Assembly (NCBI GenBank): GCA_029856105.1
Contig: JAHQWH010000213.1
Location: 1-15,811, forward strand
DNA from: Promethearchaeia archaeon
Lineage (GTDB): Archaea; Asgardarchaeota; Lokiarchaeia; Sigyniarchaeales; SOKP01
DNA length: 15,811 nt
Direction: 5' to 3'
In this document: positions 8,501 through 15,811 of the stretch, piece by piece
How positions within the stretch are numbered: the first letter of the stretch is position 1
Layout: every line of letters begins with the position of its first letter
Position numbers and translations under genes: made by a program
Notes under the pieces: model-generated
Seen by the model: only the letters and a program-made list of their open reading frames with translations
What the model was told of the DNA's origin: nothing
Database searches by the model: none

Positions 8501-9202
8501 TTATTTAACCCCGATTATAAGGTTCAAATTCCAGATATGAAAGAATTTAACATTGGAGACTTGAACGTTTCAGATTATTTTGGTACCGATTCCCTCGAAT
8601 TTAAGGCGTTATCTCAAATTTACAATAGGCAATCGTTAGATATTAAATCGTATTTAACGAGGCGATATTTCACTCTTATCAATCATATAACTGAGCTATT
8701 GAAAAAAAGGTTGATTTTTCCCTATATCTCCGTTAAAAACTTAGATTTGATAGAAGAAATCACTATTATTTTACCGAATGTTAAACAAGAGCTAAACGAG
8801 ACAATAATTAAAATCTTCAGTTTTTTCAATGTTGGTTTCATTTATGAAGTAGAAGGGGAGTATTATATTCACGGATTTGACGAAGTGATAAAATTTGAGA
8901 ACGGCCTGATGATAAAATTACGCTTACCAGATTGTCAACTCGACGAATTTGAGAAGCTTTTCGATCTAATTTTTGAATATTTGGAGATCGATCATTACCT
9001 TGTTTTAAACGATTTAGTCGACGGAGAAAACTTAATTAGATCAACATTTAAAGAGTTGAAATTCTTAGAGACTTACAACCCTTTAACCAACCTAATTTGG
9101 AATGAAAAAGATAAAAAATGGCGGAACCATAAATTATTTAACGAAAATTTTGAACCTGTTTACCCAAACTTATTTTACGGAAAGGATAAATACGATTTAT
9201 AG
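5600..9202 (+). CDS. Large (1200 aa) hypothetical cytoplasmic protein, probably tandem degenerate Lrp/AsnC-like (wHTH plus RAM/ACT-like) modules
   Basis: Long ORF with no TM helices. Recurrent Lrp-type linkers (SPSYKINWPSLNI, SINFIPSFQKFGM, LIFPYISVKNLDL) are followed by beta-alpha-beta patterns ending in xxP. Lrp-like first helix LSLLDWLII. The CDS is certain; the domain call is inference. Confidence 0.7.
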   Translation: MAKLNIDFLIETPIKKILEKIDYLFRELLQEIESYLNIQVIYPKINIILKNETSISGVADNIFSIGVERSYNNDILSIKIYSDFYQYIQFIMLREAYKCFIPLFANQIKIIEIFIYQKVLIDLNKLKSSNEWNRLIRDKLVNYEFISGEFDRLENFLKRESTENIDSPFIFFFKYIRKNIQIIGEKEQNFYDTFFKEFLLVSSKSLFNDEIIETIRVLDKIFNHVKYYSALLDYQDYFTLFKEKGVIETNLKKFTENMQWIKNFSSISPSYKINWPSLNILSINCCIKFNPIIRRIEILKFINELPFFVLLKESRNSFGFEIDGYFVLPQIYIDDLKIYLEKFRDNGYALHIKLTIVEKSEAFVNLNYFREYHDKKTIVNRNHKFYDRKYELDFSIAYSKEVIMPSLSLLDWLIIDRIRYFSQTGFNFERRAGAIKLLKTDLINEIISQRKFITDLKTNLLIIHSSLKLRNNFLEFLKTNESFGFFYIRNILNDYTFTLNLIKDILTRNPSINSVFKFREYFKKQGVSNSIENNITFKNSTIKKAIFNHFLPLYFESKENFEEEISKYTSFFKVISSCYDLKIFNLQSIRTIVKDSSLINTIYKSKEDKLMSSYESYQLSDLTYKLIEEKLDYYLNSKPPVIKPNLIGNIIVSMVQVFIVLLKNNEETIENLKKISFISKRMWSSSGEILNIVLLIPYLSSSEKRTFISLLINIFKENLISIKRYLWSHFQQAFSRKDFYDLEQKEFFYTKDLFRQFFLNVRSILGEVQKPLSETQTIQQNIFWSKEEDISHLIKSVEDRIRGEHVDLSVDKLNDLVEFNNKLKENLLNLSKFKESQEKFFFKNYIKSINFIPSFQKFGMNQYFLYFYPTDINQIDFKLLMNNSFQSISYPAQIDNSNSFLCQYIFPLRNPGISPYLNWLTKSKKIVREYCLFFVKKLYQILHFNYNLSSDGWDLDPNRFKIYFQNILFNPDYKVQIPDMKEFNIGDLNVSDYFGTDSLEFKALSQIYNRQSLDIKSYLTRRYFTLINHITELLKKRLIFPYISVKNLDLIEEITIILPNVKQELNETIIKIFSFFNVGFIYEVEGEYYIHGFDEVIKFENGLMIKLRLPDCQLDEFEKLFDLIFEYLEIDHYLVLNDLVDGENLIRSTFKELKFLETYNPLTNLIWNEKDKKWRNHKLFNENFEPVYPNLFYGKDKYDL

Positions 9203-9331
9203 TTAATATTCTGTTTTTTCTTCTTATATTAAAATTCATAATTAAACGACAATTTTGTATGTATTATTCTTGGACTAAACGCTTTGAATTTCAAAAAAAA
9301 TAAAACAGTTCAAATTTTTTCTTATATATAA

Positions 9332-10783
9332 ATGGCACCCGAAGATTTTAACTTTGATAAGTTCGACACCTTATTTCACCCTCAACACATTGCGTTTGTA
9401 GGGGCGAGTGAAAAATCGAGATTTGGTGCGATGCTTTACTTACCTGCCTTTAAAAATTCAAAATGGGCAGATACATTTTACCCGGTTAATCCAAAGTACG
9501 AAAATGTGCTTGGTTGGAAGTGTTATTCTTCAGTACTTGATATTCCTTATCCTATAGATACAACTTATATCTCAGTGAAAACAAAACATATTCCTGCTGT
9601 TTTAAAAGAGTGCGTACAGAAAGAAACCCCTTGGGTCGTAATATTTGCTTCCGGATTTTCTGAAACCGGAGATTCATCTGGATTAAAATTAGAGCAAGAA
9701 TTAAAACAAATAATCAAAGGTACGAACACAAGAATAATAGGTCCTAATTGTTTAGGCCCATATAACGCCACCGAAGGAATGGCGTTTACGTTTAGCGCTA
9801 AAAACAATACTCCTGGTTCTATTTCGTTTATGTCTCAATCTGGAGGACACATGAGCCAATTATTAGATGTAGGATATAAGCGCGATCTCAGGTTCAGGTA
9901 TGGAGTATCGTTTGGAAACCAGTTAGATTTAAATTGTGTTGATTTTTTGAAACATTTCCGTAGAGATCCGAAAACTCGCGTTATTTCAGCTTACCTAGAA
10001 TCGTTTGGCTCAGCAATGGGTAACGATTTCTTTTTAGAGCTCAAAAAAGCAACAAAAATTAAACCCGTTATTATTTGGAAGGGTGGATACACGAAAGATG
10101 GTTCTCGAGCAGCTTTTTCGCACACAGGTGCTATAGTAAGCGATCTAAGATTATGGCGATCAATGGCTAAGCAAACGGGGGCGATAATCGTTAAAGACAA
10201 CGAGGAATTTTGGAATGCAATGAAAACCTTCGAATTGTTATTCCCAAAATATATACCAGGTGGAAAAAAAGTAGGAATAATAACTCCTGGTGGGGGATCT
10301 AGCGTAAACACAACAGATCTATTCAACTTTTTTAATTTAAAAATCCCAGAATTAACATTAGAAACTCAGAAGAAAATCAGTGAGATTTTACCATATGAAA
10401 ATGTAAACATTAGAAATCCCGTAGATTTGGGAGCCTTAGGGTTTGTTGTGGATGTATTTGCTGAATGTATAGAAATTGTAGCCACTGATCCTAACATTGA
10501 CATTGTAATAATTCCATTATGGCCGCATTTTATATATAACCATGTATTCAAACGTATGATAAAAATCCAGAAATCTACTTTGAAACCATTCGTTTTTTGT
10601 ATGCCCAGTATAGCTGATTCTTCTGAACTTGCGCAACGATTTTCTTCTGTCAAAAAAATTCTACACAAGGAGAGAGTTCTGTATTTTTTCTCGTTAAGAG
10701 ACGCGGCGAGAAGTATATCGCTTTATTGCGATTATATTGAATTTTTAAAATCGCACAACTACGACATTTCAAATGAAAAGTAA
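9332..10783 (+). CDS. ADP-forming acyl-CoA synthetase alpha-type subunit (CoA-binding protein, AcdA family)
   Basis: IAFVGAS, YPVNP, ASGFSE, RIIGPNCLG, SQSGG, SFGNQLD, YLES, WKGG, phospho-His motif AAFSHTGA and NPVDL. No ATP-grasp beta domain is fused. Confidence 0.9.
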   Translation: MAPEDFNFDKFDTLFHPQHIAFVGASEKSRFGAMLYLPAFKNSKWADTFYPVNPKYENVLGWKCYSSVLDIPYPIDTTYISVKTKHIPAVLKECVQKETPWVVIFASGFSETGDSSGLKLEQELKQIIKGTNTRIIGPNCLGPYNATEGMAFTFSAKNNTPGSISFMSQSGGHMSQLLDVGYKRDLRFRYGVSFGNQLDLNCVDFLKHFRRDPKTRVISAYLESFGSAMGNDFFLELKKATKIKPVIIWKGGYTKDGSRAAFSHTGAIVSDLRLWRSMAKQTGAIIVKDNEEFWNAMKTFELLFPKYIPGGKKVGIITPGGGSSVNTTDLFNFFNLKIPELTLETQKKISEILPYENVNIRNPVDLGALGFVVDVFAECIEIVATDPNIDIVIIPLWPHFIYNHVFKRMIKIQKSTLKPFVFCMPSIADSSELAQRFSSVKKILHKERVLYFFSLRDAARSISLYCDYIEFLKSHNYDISNEK

Positions 10784-10791
10784 AAAAGGCA

Positions 10792-11082
10792 CTAAACCTT
10801 TTTTATAATTTCTTTTAAATATTGTTTCATAAAATGTCTTTGAATACTACAATAATCTAATTTTTGATTATTCGTTAACGAATTTAATTCTTTATTGTTT
10901 AACAAGAAAAAGTGGACATCTATAATTTTTCCGTAAACTTTATTCATTTTATTGAAGATTTCTTGTTGTTTTAAGTGAATAAAGTCTTTTTCCTCAAAAA
11001 CTGGCAGATTATATAAATCGTTTGCTTTAATACTATCAAAAGTTCCTATAGAATAATTGATATTAGCTTTTCCTGAACTCAA
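10792..11082 (-). CDS. Small hypothetical protein (96 aa, TTG start)
   Basis: Fills the gap convergent to the acyl-CoA synthetase gene. SD-like GTGAT lies 5 nt upstream of TTG, with a TATA-like element near 11107-11115. No recognisable motif. Confidence 0.55.
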   Translation of the reverse strand: MSSGKANINYSIGTFDSIKANDLYNLPVFEEKDFIHLKQQEIFNKMNKVYGKIIDVHFFLLNNKELNSLTNNQKLDYCSIQRHFMKQYLKEIIKKV

Positions 11083-11363
11083 TTTTTATCACACTAATAT
11101 TATTAATTTATATATCTAAACCTCAAGTTTTTTGAAACTGTAGTGTTGTTTCTAATTTTGTCGGTAATCTGCAGTAATACCTACTAAATTGTCTATTTTT
11201 GAGGGTAGTTAATGCTATAATCTCAATTTTGTATATACTATTGTTTTTCGTATATTAAATTTAGAGCAAATTATATGTTAAGGGGTTAATAATGAGGGGC
11301 TAAAACCTAATATAATTCTGGAGGCAATATTTAAAATAAATTAAATAAATTATCTGAATTATT

Positions 11364-12380
11364 ATGGGTTTTATTTCTGGATTGAAAGGAGTGTTTAAAA
11401 AACGTATTTACATATTTATTATATTTTCCTTTATTCTTACTTGGGTATTGATATTAACTAACTCTTACTTGAAAAGCGAGTTACTTAGATCGTTTATAAT
11501 TATTTTCGGGGGAGGTTTTTTATTCTTTAACGTAATTTTATTTTGTGTATCCTTTTTTAAGAAACTTGATGATTTGAACAAATGGTTTTTCATCATCTGC
11601 TTTATAATTGCGATCGTTCTAAATGTATTTCTCTCTGATACAATTTTTAACCCAACATCTAATTTCTATTTACTAATTCTCCTTAATGCAAATCTGTTTT
11701 TTACTTCTTTTTTTGCCTTCAAATTATGTATGGATTCTGCTACTAAAGTGGATGATTATTTGTATAAAAATAAAAGATCTAGAATAGTAATTCGGATTGT
11801 AGAATTTTGCGTTTTTGGTTTTTTAGTTTGGTGGTTTTTTAGAATCACGATAATCTTTTTCAGTAATACTCCATCTGATTTGTTCACTTATGTAATCCGA
11901 ATTTTACAAATAATGTTTTGGGTAAACATAGTTTTAATGGTAGTCGTGCTATTTCGATTGATTATAACGAAAAAGTTATCGGCGTTCATTACTTTATTTT
12001 TCCTGTTAACTCTCTTCTACGCTTTATATATCCTTTTTGATTTATTGTTTGGAATATTTTTTAGTTCTGAATCGGGAGGCCCAATTTACGCTGTTATATC
12101 GTTTATTATTGACATTTTATTATTTTTATACATCTTAGGGATCGTTTATAGTAGAGTTGATTATATACAAGCTAAATTAAAATTATTTAAAGTCGATACA
12201 ATTGCTTTATTTCTGATAACAATGAAAATTTATGCTCAGGTTTCAAAAACCTTCGCAATAACCATTTCTGTAGAATTACAAATCTTCCAAGCAACGTGGT
12301 TATTTCTGATATTCATGTTTTTTAACCTAATATTCGGAATTCACTCAATTTTCACTCACAAGTATGGAAAAGGTAAGTAA
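11364..12380 (+). CDS. Polytopic membrane protein of unknown function (about 9-10 TM helices)
   Basis: Alternating hydrophobic segments with short basic loops. No family motif recognised. Confidence 0.8.
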   Translation: MGFISGLKGVFKKRIYIFIIFSFILTWVLILTNSYLKSELLRSFIIIFGGGFLFFNVILFCVSFFKKLDDLNKWFFIICFIIAIVLNVFLSDTIFNPTSNFYLLILLNANLFFTSFFAFKLCMDSATKVDDYLYKNKRSRIVIRIVEFCVFGFLVWWFFRITIIFFSNTPSDLFTYVIRILQIMFWVNIVLMVVVLFRLIITKKLSAFITLFFLLTLFYALYILFDLLFGIFFSSESGGPIYAVISFIIDILLFLYILGIVYSRVDYIQAKLKLFKVDTIALFLITMKIYAQVSKTFAITISVELQIFQATWLFLIFMFFNLIFGIHSIFTHKYGKGK

Positions 12381-12483
12381 AAGAATATATTAATAATCTA
12401 ACAAATTTTTAAGTAGAATCTTTAAATAAAAAAACGAACTTTAGGTTTTAGTATTTTAAATTAAAAAGAAAAAGAAAATTTAT

Positions 12484-12999
12484 CTAATACATCTCTTCTT
12501 TAGTAAATAACAAACTGAAGCAACCGTAGAATACGCCGTTTACAGCTCCGCTTATCAAAAAGGAGATTAATACTAAGATTGGATCTGCTACAGGGATACC
12601 ATAATACATTAAGGTTGTTGAGCTTATGAAGGCTAATATTCCCAAAGCTACAGCACTTATCATAGCTGTAATCATCCACCCCCCAAAACTACCCCCTTTA
12701 TTCTCTCCCATTCGTCCTGCGATTATTGATGCAACAAAGGGAGAAACAATGAATCCAATACTTTGAATTAGCATAGGAACAGTCATTCCCAAGGTAATTT
12801 GAACAAAGAACGAACTTTCAGACCCCGGCATACTAACTAGAGGCCCGAAAAAAATCAGCAATATTATTAATGGATCACTACTAATATCACTAAAAAGAAG
12901 GTTTAAATTAGTACTAATAGTTTCCGCTATTATTACAAACAGAAAATTTAGACCTATCAACGCAAGCAAACTAAATCCTAGAGCTTTACCTAATCCCAT
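12484..12999 (-). CDS. Small Gly-rich membrane protein of unknown function (about 4-5 TM helices)
   Basis: Hydrophobic helices with small-xxx-small motifs (GGSFGG, GAVNG, GVFYG). Confidence 0.8.
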   Translation of the reverse strand: MGLGKALGFSLLALIGLNFLFVIIAETISTNLNLLFSDISSDPLIILLIFFGPLVSMPGSESSFFVQITLGMTVPMLIQSIGFIVSPFVASIIAGRMGENKGGSFGGWMITAMISAVALGILAFISSTTLMYYGIPVADPILVLISFLISGAVNGVFYGCFSLLFTKEEMY

Positions 13000-13058
13000 A
13001 TTTGTCAGACTCTTTTTTTCAAATTATATATCTTAATTAATTTACTTCTCTTATGTAT

Positions 13059-13078
13059 ATAGCTATTGTAATAGCTAT
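13059..13078. promoter_or_regulatory. Palindromic putative operator ATAGCTATT-GT-AATAGCTAT
   Basis: Perfect 9-bp inverted arms with a 2-nt spacer, each containing the palindrome ATAGCTAT, in a divergent intergenic region. Confidence 0.55.
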
Positions 13079-13197
13079 TTAAATTTATTTAACTTAAAAC
13101 ATAAAAGTCATAATTTAATAAACATAAAAAATAATCGTGACAAAGGTTTTCAATCAATAAATTTCAATAGTTTATTAATAATTATGAAGACAAGGTT

Positions 13198-14241
13198 ATG
13201 AAGAAGAATCAAAATAAATTTCCAATTGGTAAGCTTAAACATAAGTTTCTCTTAAAGATGTTAAAGAATTTTGTTTCTAACACTCACTTAAAAGATGACA
13301 GGGTCATTATGGGGTCTAGTATTGGAGAGGATGCTGCCGTTATTGATATGGGCGATAATTACTTAGTTGCAAAGACCGACCCAATTACTTTTGCTACAGA
13401 CGCTATAGGATACTACGCCGTAAATGTCAATGTAAACGACATTGTGTGTACTGGAGCTACTCCGAAGTGGTTTCAATCAACAATTTTACTACCTAAAAAA
13501 CATACAGATGAATATTTGATTGAAAACATTTTCAAAAACATTCATGATACTTGCAAATCTTTAGGGATTTCTGTAATAGGCGGCCATACTGAGATTACTT
13601 CAGACCTTACTAGACCAATTATTGTTGGCTCTCTTCTTGGCGAGGTTGAAAAGGATAAATTAGTTTTGACATCTGGAGCAAAAGCAGGAGACTCAATAAT
13701 ACTAACCAAGGGGATATTTATCGAAGGCACATCCATTATAGCAAGAGAAAAGGAGAATATATTAAAGGATAAAGGGTACAGCGTCGAATTTATTGAAAAA
13801 TGTAAAGGTTACCTATATAATCCTGGTATCAGCGTCTTCAAAGAAGCCTTATTATCTAACGATAATTTTAAAATTAATTCTATGCACGACCCTACTGAAG
13901 GTGGTCTATTTTGTGGCATCGCGGAAATGGCAATTGCCTCTAATTTAGGGGTTTTAATCGAAAAAACCAAAATAAATGTTTTACCAGAACCAACGGAGCT
14001 AAGTAAAGTTTTTGATTTAAATCCGTATAACACAATATCTTCCGGTTCTCTTTTAATTTCAATTGAAGAAGAATTTACTGCAGATTTAATTAATATATTG
14101 AAGAAAAACGACATCAATTCTGAATTGATTGGCAAATTTACTTCGAAAAAAGAAAACTATTTGGTAATAGACGATAACAATAAAAAGACGCGAATGTTTT
14201 ATACAGAAACTGACGAAATCACAAAACTATTTAATTTTTAA
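13198..14241 (+). CDS. AIR synthase-related (PurM-like superfamily) ATP-dependent protein, HypE-like but lacking the HypE C-terminus
   Basis: GKL, IGEDAAV, KTDPIT, NVNDI, GGHTE, MHDPTEGG and ISSGSLL motifs. The protein ends TDEITKLFNF. Confidence 0.88.
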   Translation: MKKNQNKFPIGKLKHKFLLKMLKNFVSNTHLKDDRVIMGSSIGEDAAVIDMGDNYLVAKTDPITFATDAIGYYAVNVNVNDIVCTGATPKWFQSTILLPKKHTDEYLIENIFKNIHDTCKSLGISVIGGHTEITSDLTRPIIVGSLLGEVEKDKLVLTSGAKAGDSIILTKGIFIEGTSIIAREKENILKDKGYSVEFIEKCKGYLYNPGISVFKEALLSNDNFKINSMHDPTEGGLFCGIAEMAIASNLGVLIEKTKINVLPEPTELSKVFDLNPYNTISSGSLLISIEEEFTADLINILKKNDINSELIGKFTSKKENYLVIDDNNKKTRMFYTETDEITKLFNF

Positions 14242-14400
14242 AATTTTATTTTTAAAATAAAGTCGTTATTATTCAATTAGCTAAGATTTTTATTTTTGAA
14301 TTTTCATTATATTTTTATATTTAAGGGTTGTTTACTAAATTTAAATAAATTTACTAAAATTATATTATTAAATTAATATTTGATTTAAAGTGGTTAAAGA

Positions 14401-15811
14401 ATTACGAATAAAGAATTAAGTACCATTCTGAAATCCATAGGAGAAAAAGCGAAAGGGAAAGAATTAACTCTTAAGATAAATTCCCATGTCTTTTTTGATA
14501 TTTTAAAAAGCAAAGGAGCTTTATTTAGTGATTTTAAAGAAAGGATTATAAAAGAATGGGAACAGTTCAAATTAAAAAATCAAAAAAGAGTAATTCAAAA
14601 AACTTATAGTACGTTTTTTTTTCAATATTTTCATAACTATTTAGAATTTTATTTAGAAAACTTTTGCGGATTTGATACAAATTCCTTAAAATTAATTGCT
14701 AAGGAGAAGATTTCTGACGATAACTTATTTTTAGAGTATAATTATTATTTATCCCTCGAAGAGATGGAATCATTTAACGAATTTGCTGAAAATTTTAAAG
14801 ACACTTCAGATGGAGTTACCTCCCCGTTCGGATATTTATATTTAGTGGTCTCAATATTAGGAGTAATTCTGAGAAAACTAACTGGAGAAAAATTTTATAT
14901 TGTTTTAGACGCGGCTGTTATAAAAAACGGCGATAGTAGCAATACTCTAACTTCGTTGATAGTTATTAAAAATAGTAATGATGAGTTGTTTGATAATTAC
15001 TATTCTTTTGCTCTTTACTACTTTCTGAAATACTTTGAAAATGTTCCAGAAGCATATTCAGACAAACTATTAAAAGGTAGGGATAGGTTATATGAAATTG
15101 CTTTAGAGGAATACTCTTTTGCTAAAGAAAAACTCGTAGATTTATTATATTATTTCTATAAGAAGTGTAATCTGCTTCAGAACTTTTCGCCTGTATTAGA
15201 TTTTTTAAATTTCGTCAATTCAAGAGTAGAAGACTCAATTTTTCCTAAACTAGATATAATAAAAAAAGAGTTCCTACAGAATTTTGACTATACAAATGAG
15301 AAAAAGAACACATTTATTAGAATTTTCGATTACATTGACAAGAAAGCCACATTATACTCAACATTCCAGGCTAATAATTTACCGTCTCAAAAAAATCAAT
15401 TTAATTTATTTCTATTGTATATGAAATATTACTTTGGTAGTGGAAGTTTAGAAGCTTTGGAAGTAAGCGATTTATTATTTTTACCAGGAGAGTTTAGGAA
15501 CAGATTAAATAAACTTAATAAGACATTGGATGACCCAATTAATGCTAAAAATATCAAGGAAATCCAAGATTTTATGGACATTTTTTCAATTTTAACAAAT
15601 GTAGAACATCCAAATGTATTTTTTGAAAAAATCTTTAAAAAAAATATTTCACAGATTAATTACGACTTTTTAAGAACATTTTTACGAAGCTTGAATATAA
15701 GTATTACTCGTTTAATTGCCCATGAAAACAAGGTTTTATCTGAAGACCCAAATAACGAGCTTTTAACTTTTAAAATAGTTGTTGACCACATATGCCGAAT
15801 GCTCTACACCC
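14401..15811 (+). CDS. Hypothetical protein, 470 or more codons, truncated by the window end (not in the supplied ORF track)
   Basis: Translated by hand, the frame is stop-free from 14398 to the end (ITNKELSTILKSIGEK...TSPFGYLYL...YFGSGSLEALEV...VDHICRMLYT). The first ATG is at 14764, so the start is uncertain. Confidence 0.85.
   Translation, partial: MTNKELSTILKSIGEKAKGKELTLKINSHVFFDILKSKGALFSDFKERIIKEWEQFKLKNQKRVIQKTYSTFFFQYFHNYLEFYLENFCGFDTNSLKLIAKEKISDDNLFLEYNYYLSLEEMESFNEFAENFKDTSDGVTSPFGYLYLVVSILGVILRKLTGEKFYIVLDAAVIKNGDSSNTLTSLIVIKNSNDELFDNYYSFALYYFLKYFENVPEAYSDKLLKGRDRLYEIALEEYSFAKEKLVDLLYYFYKKCNLLQNFSPVLDFLNFVNSRVEDSIFPKLDIIKKEFLQNFDYTNEKKNTFIRIFDYIDKKATLYSTFQANNLPSQKNQFNLFLLYMKYYFGSGSLEALEVSDLLFLPGEFRNRLNKLNKTLDDPINAKNIKEIQDFMDIFSILTNVEHPNVFFEKIFKKNISQINYDFLRTFLRSLNISITRLIAHENKVLSEDPNNELLTFKIVVDHICRMLYT

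Noticed and set aside
11083-11363. Replication origin (G-strings resembling ORB ends)
   Set aside because: No ORB core (TCCA-N-TGGA type) and no adjacent orc1/cdc6.
1854-14135. Short overlapping ORFs in the track (1854-2066, 2242-2535, 3798-4013, 4725-4928, 7081-7299, 7140-7322, 9565-9807, 9991-10326, 10366-10668, 13542-13736, 13809-14135)
   Set aside because: All are nested antisense or out-of-frame within well-supported genes and show no motifs. They are treated as shadow ORFs.
13198-14241. hypE or selD assignment
   Set aside because: Lacks the C-terminal PRIC of HypE and the N-terminal catalytic Cys/Sec motif of SelD.
1-15811. CRISPR array, transposon, prophage or recognisable defence system
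   Set aside because: No repeat-spacer periodicity, and no transposase, integrase, nuclease or P-loop NTPase motifs were seen by eye, including in the 1200-aa protein.

Overview
AT-rich archaeal window. The archaeal promoter elements, the stand-alone cdhE and the style of the hypothetical proteins suggest an Asgard/Lokiarchaeia-like genome (inference, not verified by search). In order it encodes: a membrane-anchored gingipain/C25-like (clan CD) cysteine peptidase, a HAD phosphatase, an orphan corrinoid iron-sulfur protein large subunit (cdhE/acsC), an MFS transporter, a 1200-aa protein with apparently four degenerate Lrp/AsnC-like modules, an ADP-forming acyl-CoA synthetase alpha-type subunit, a small hypothetical protein, two membrane proteins, an AIR-synthase-like protein, and a 3'-truncated ORF of 470 or more codons that is missing from the supplied track and lacks a canonical start codon at its apparent 5' end. 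The most intriguing region is the 537-bp gap between the MFS gene and the giant gene. It holds what looks like a complete tiny minus-strand transcription unit: TATA box, strong SD, 9-codon ORF MPGTADATP, GC-rich bulged hairpin and U-tract. No rRNA, tRNA, CRISPR array or mobile element was recognised.
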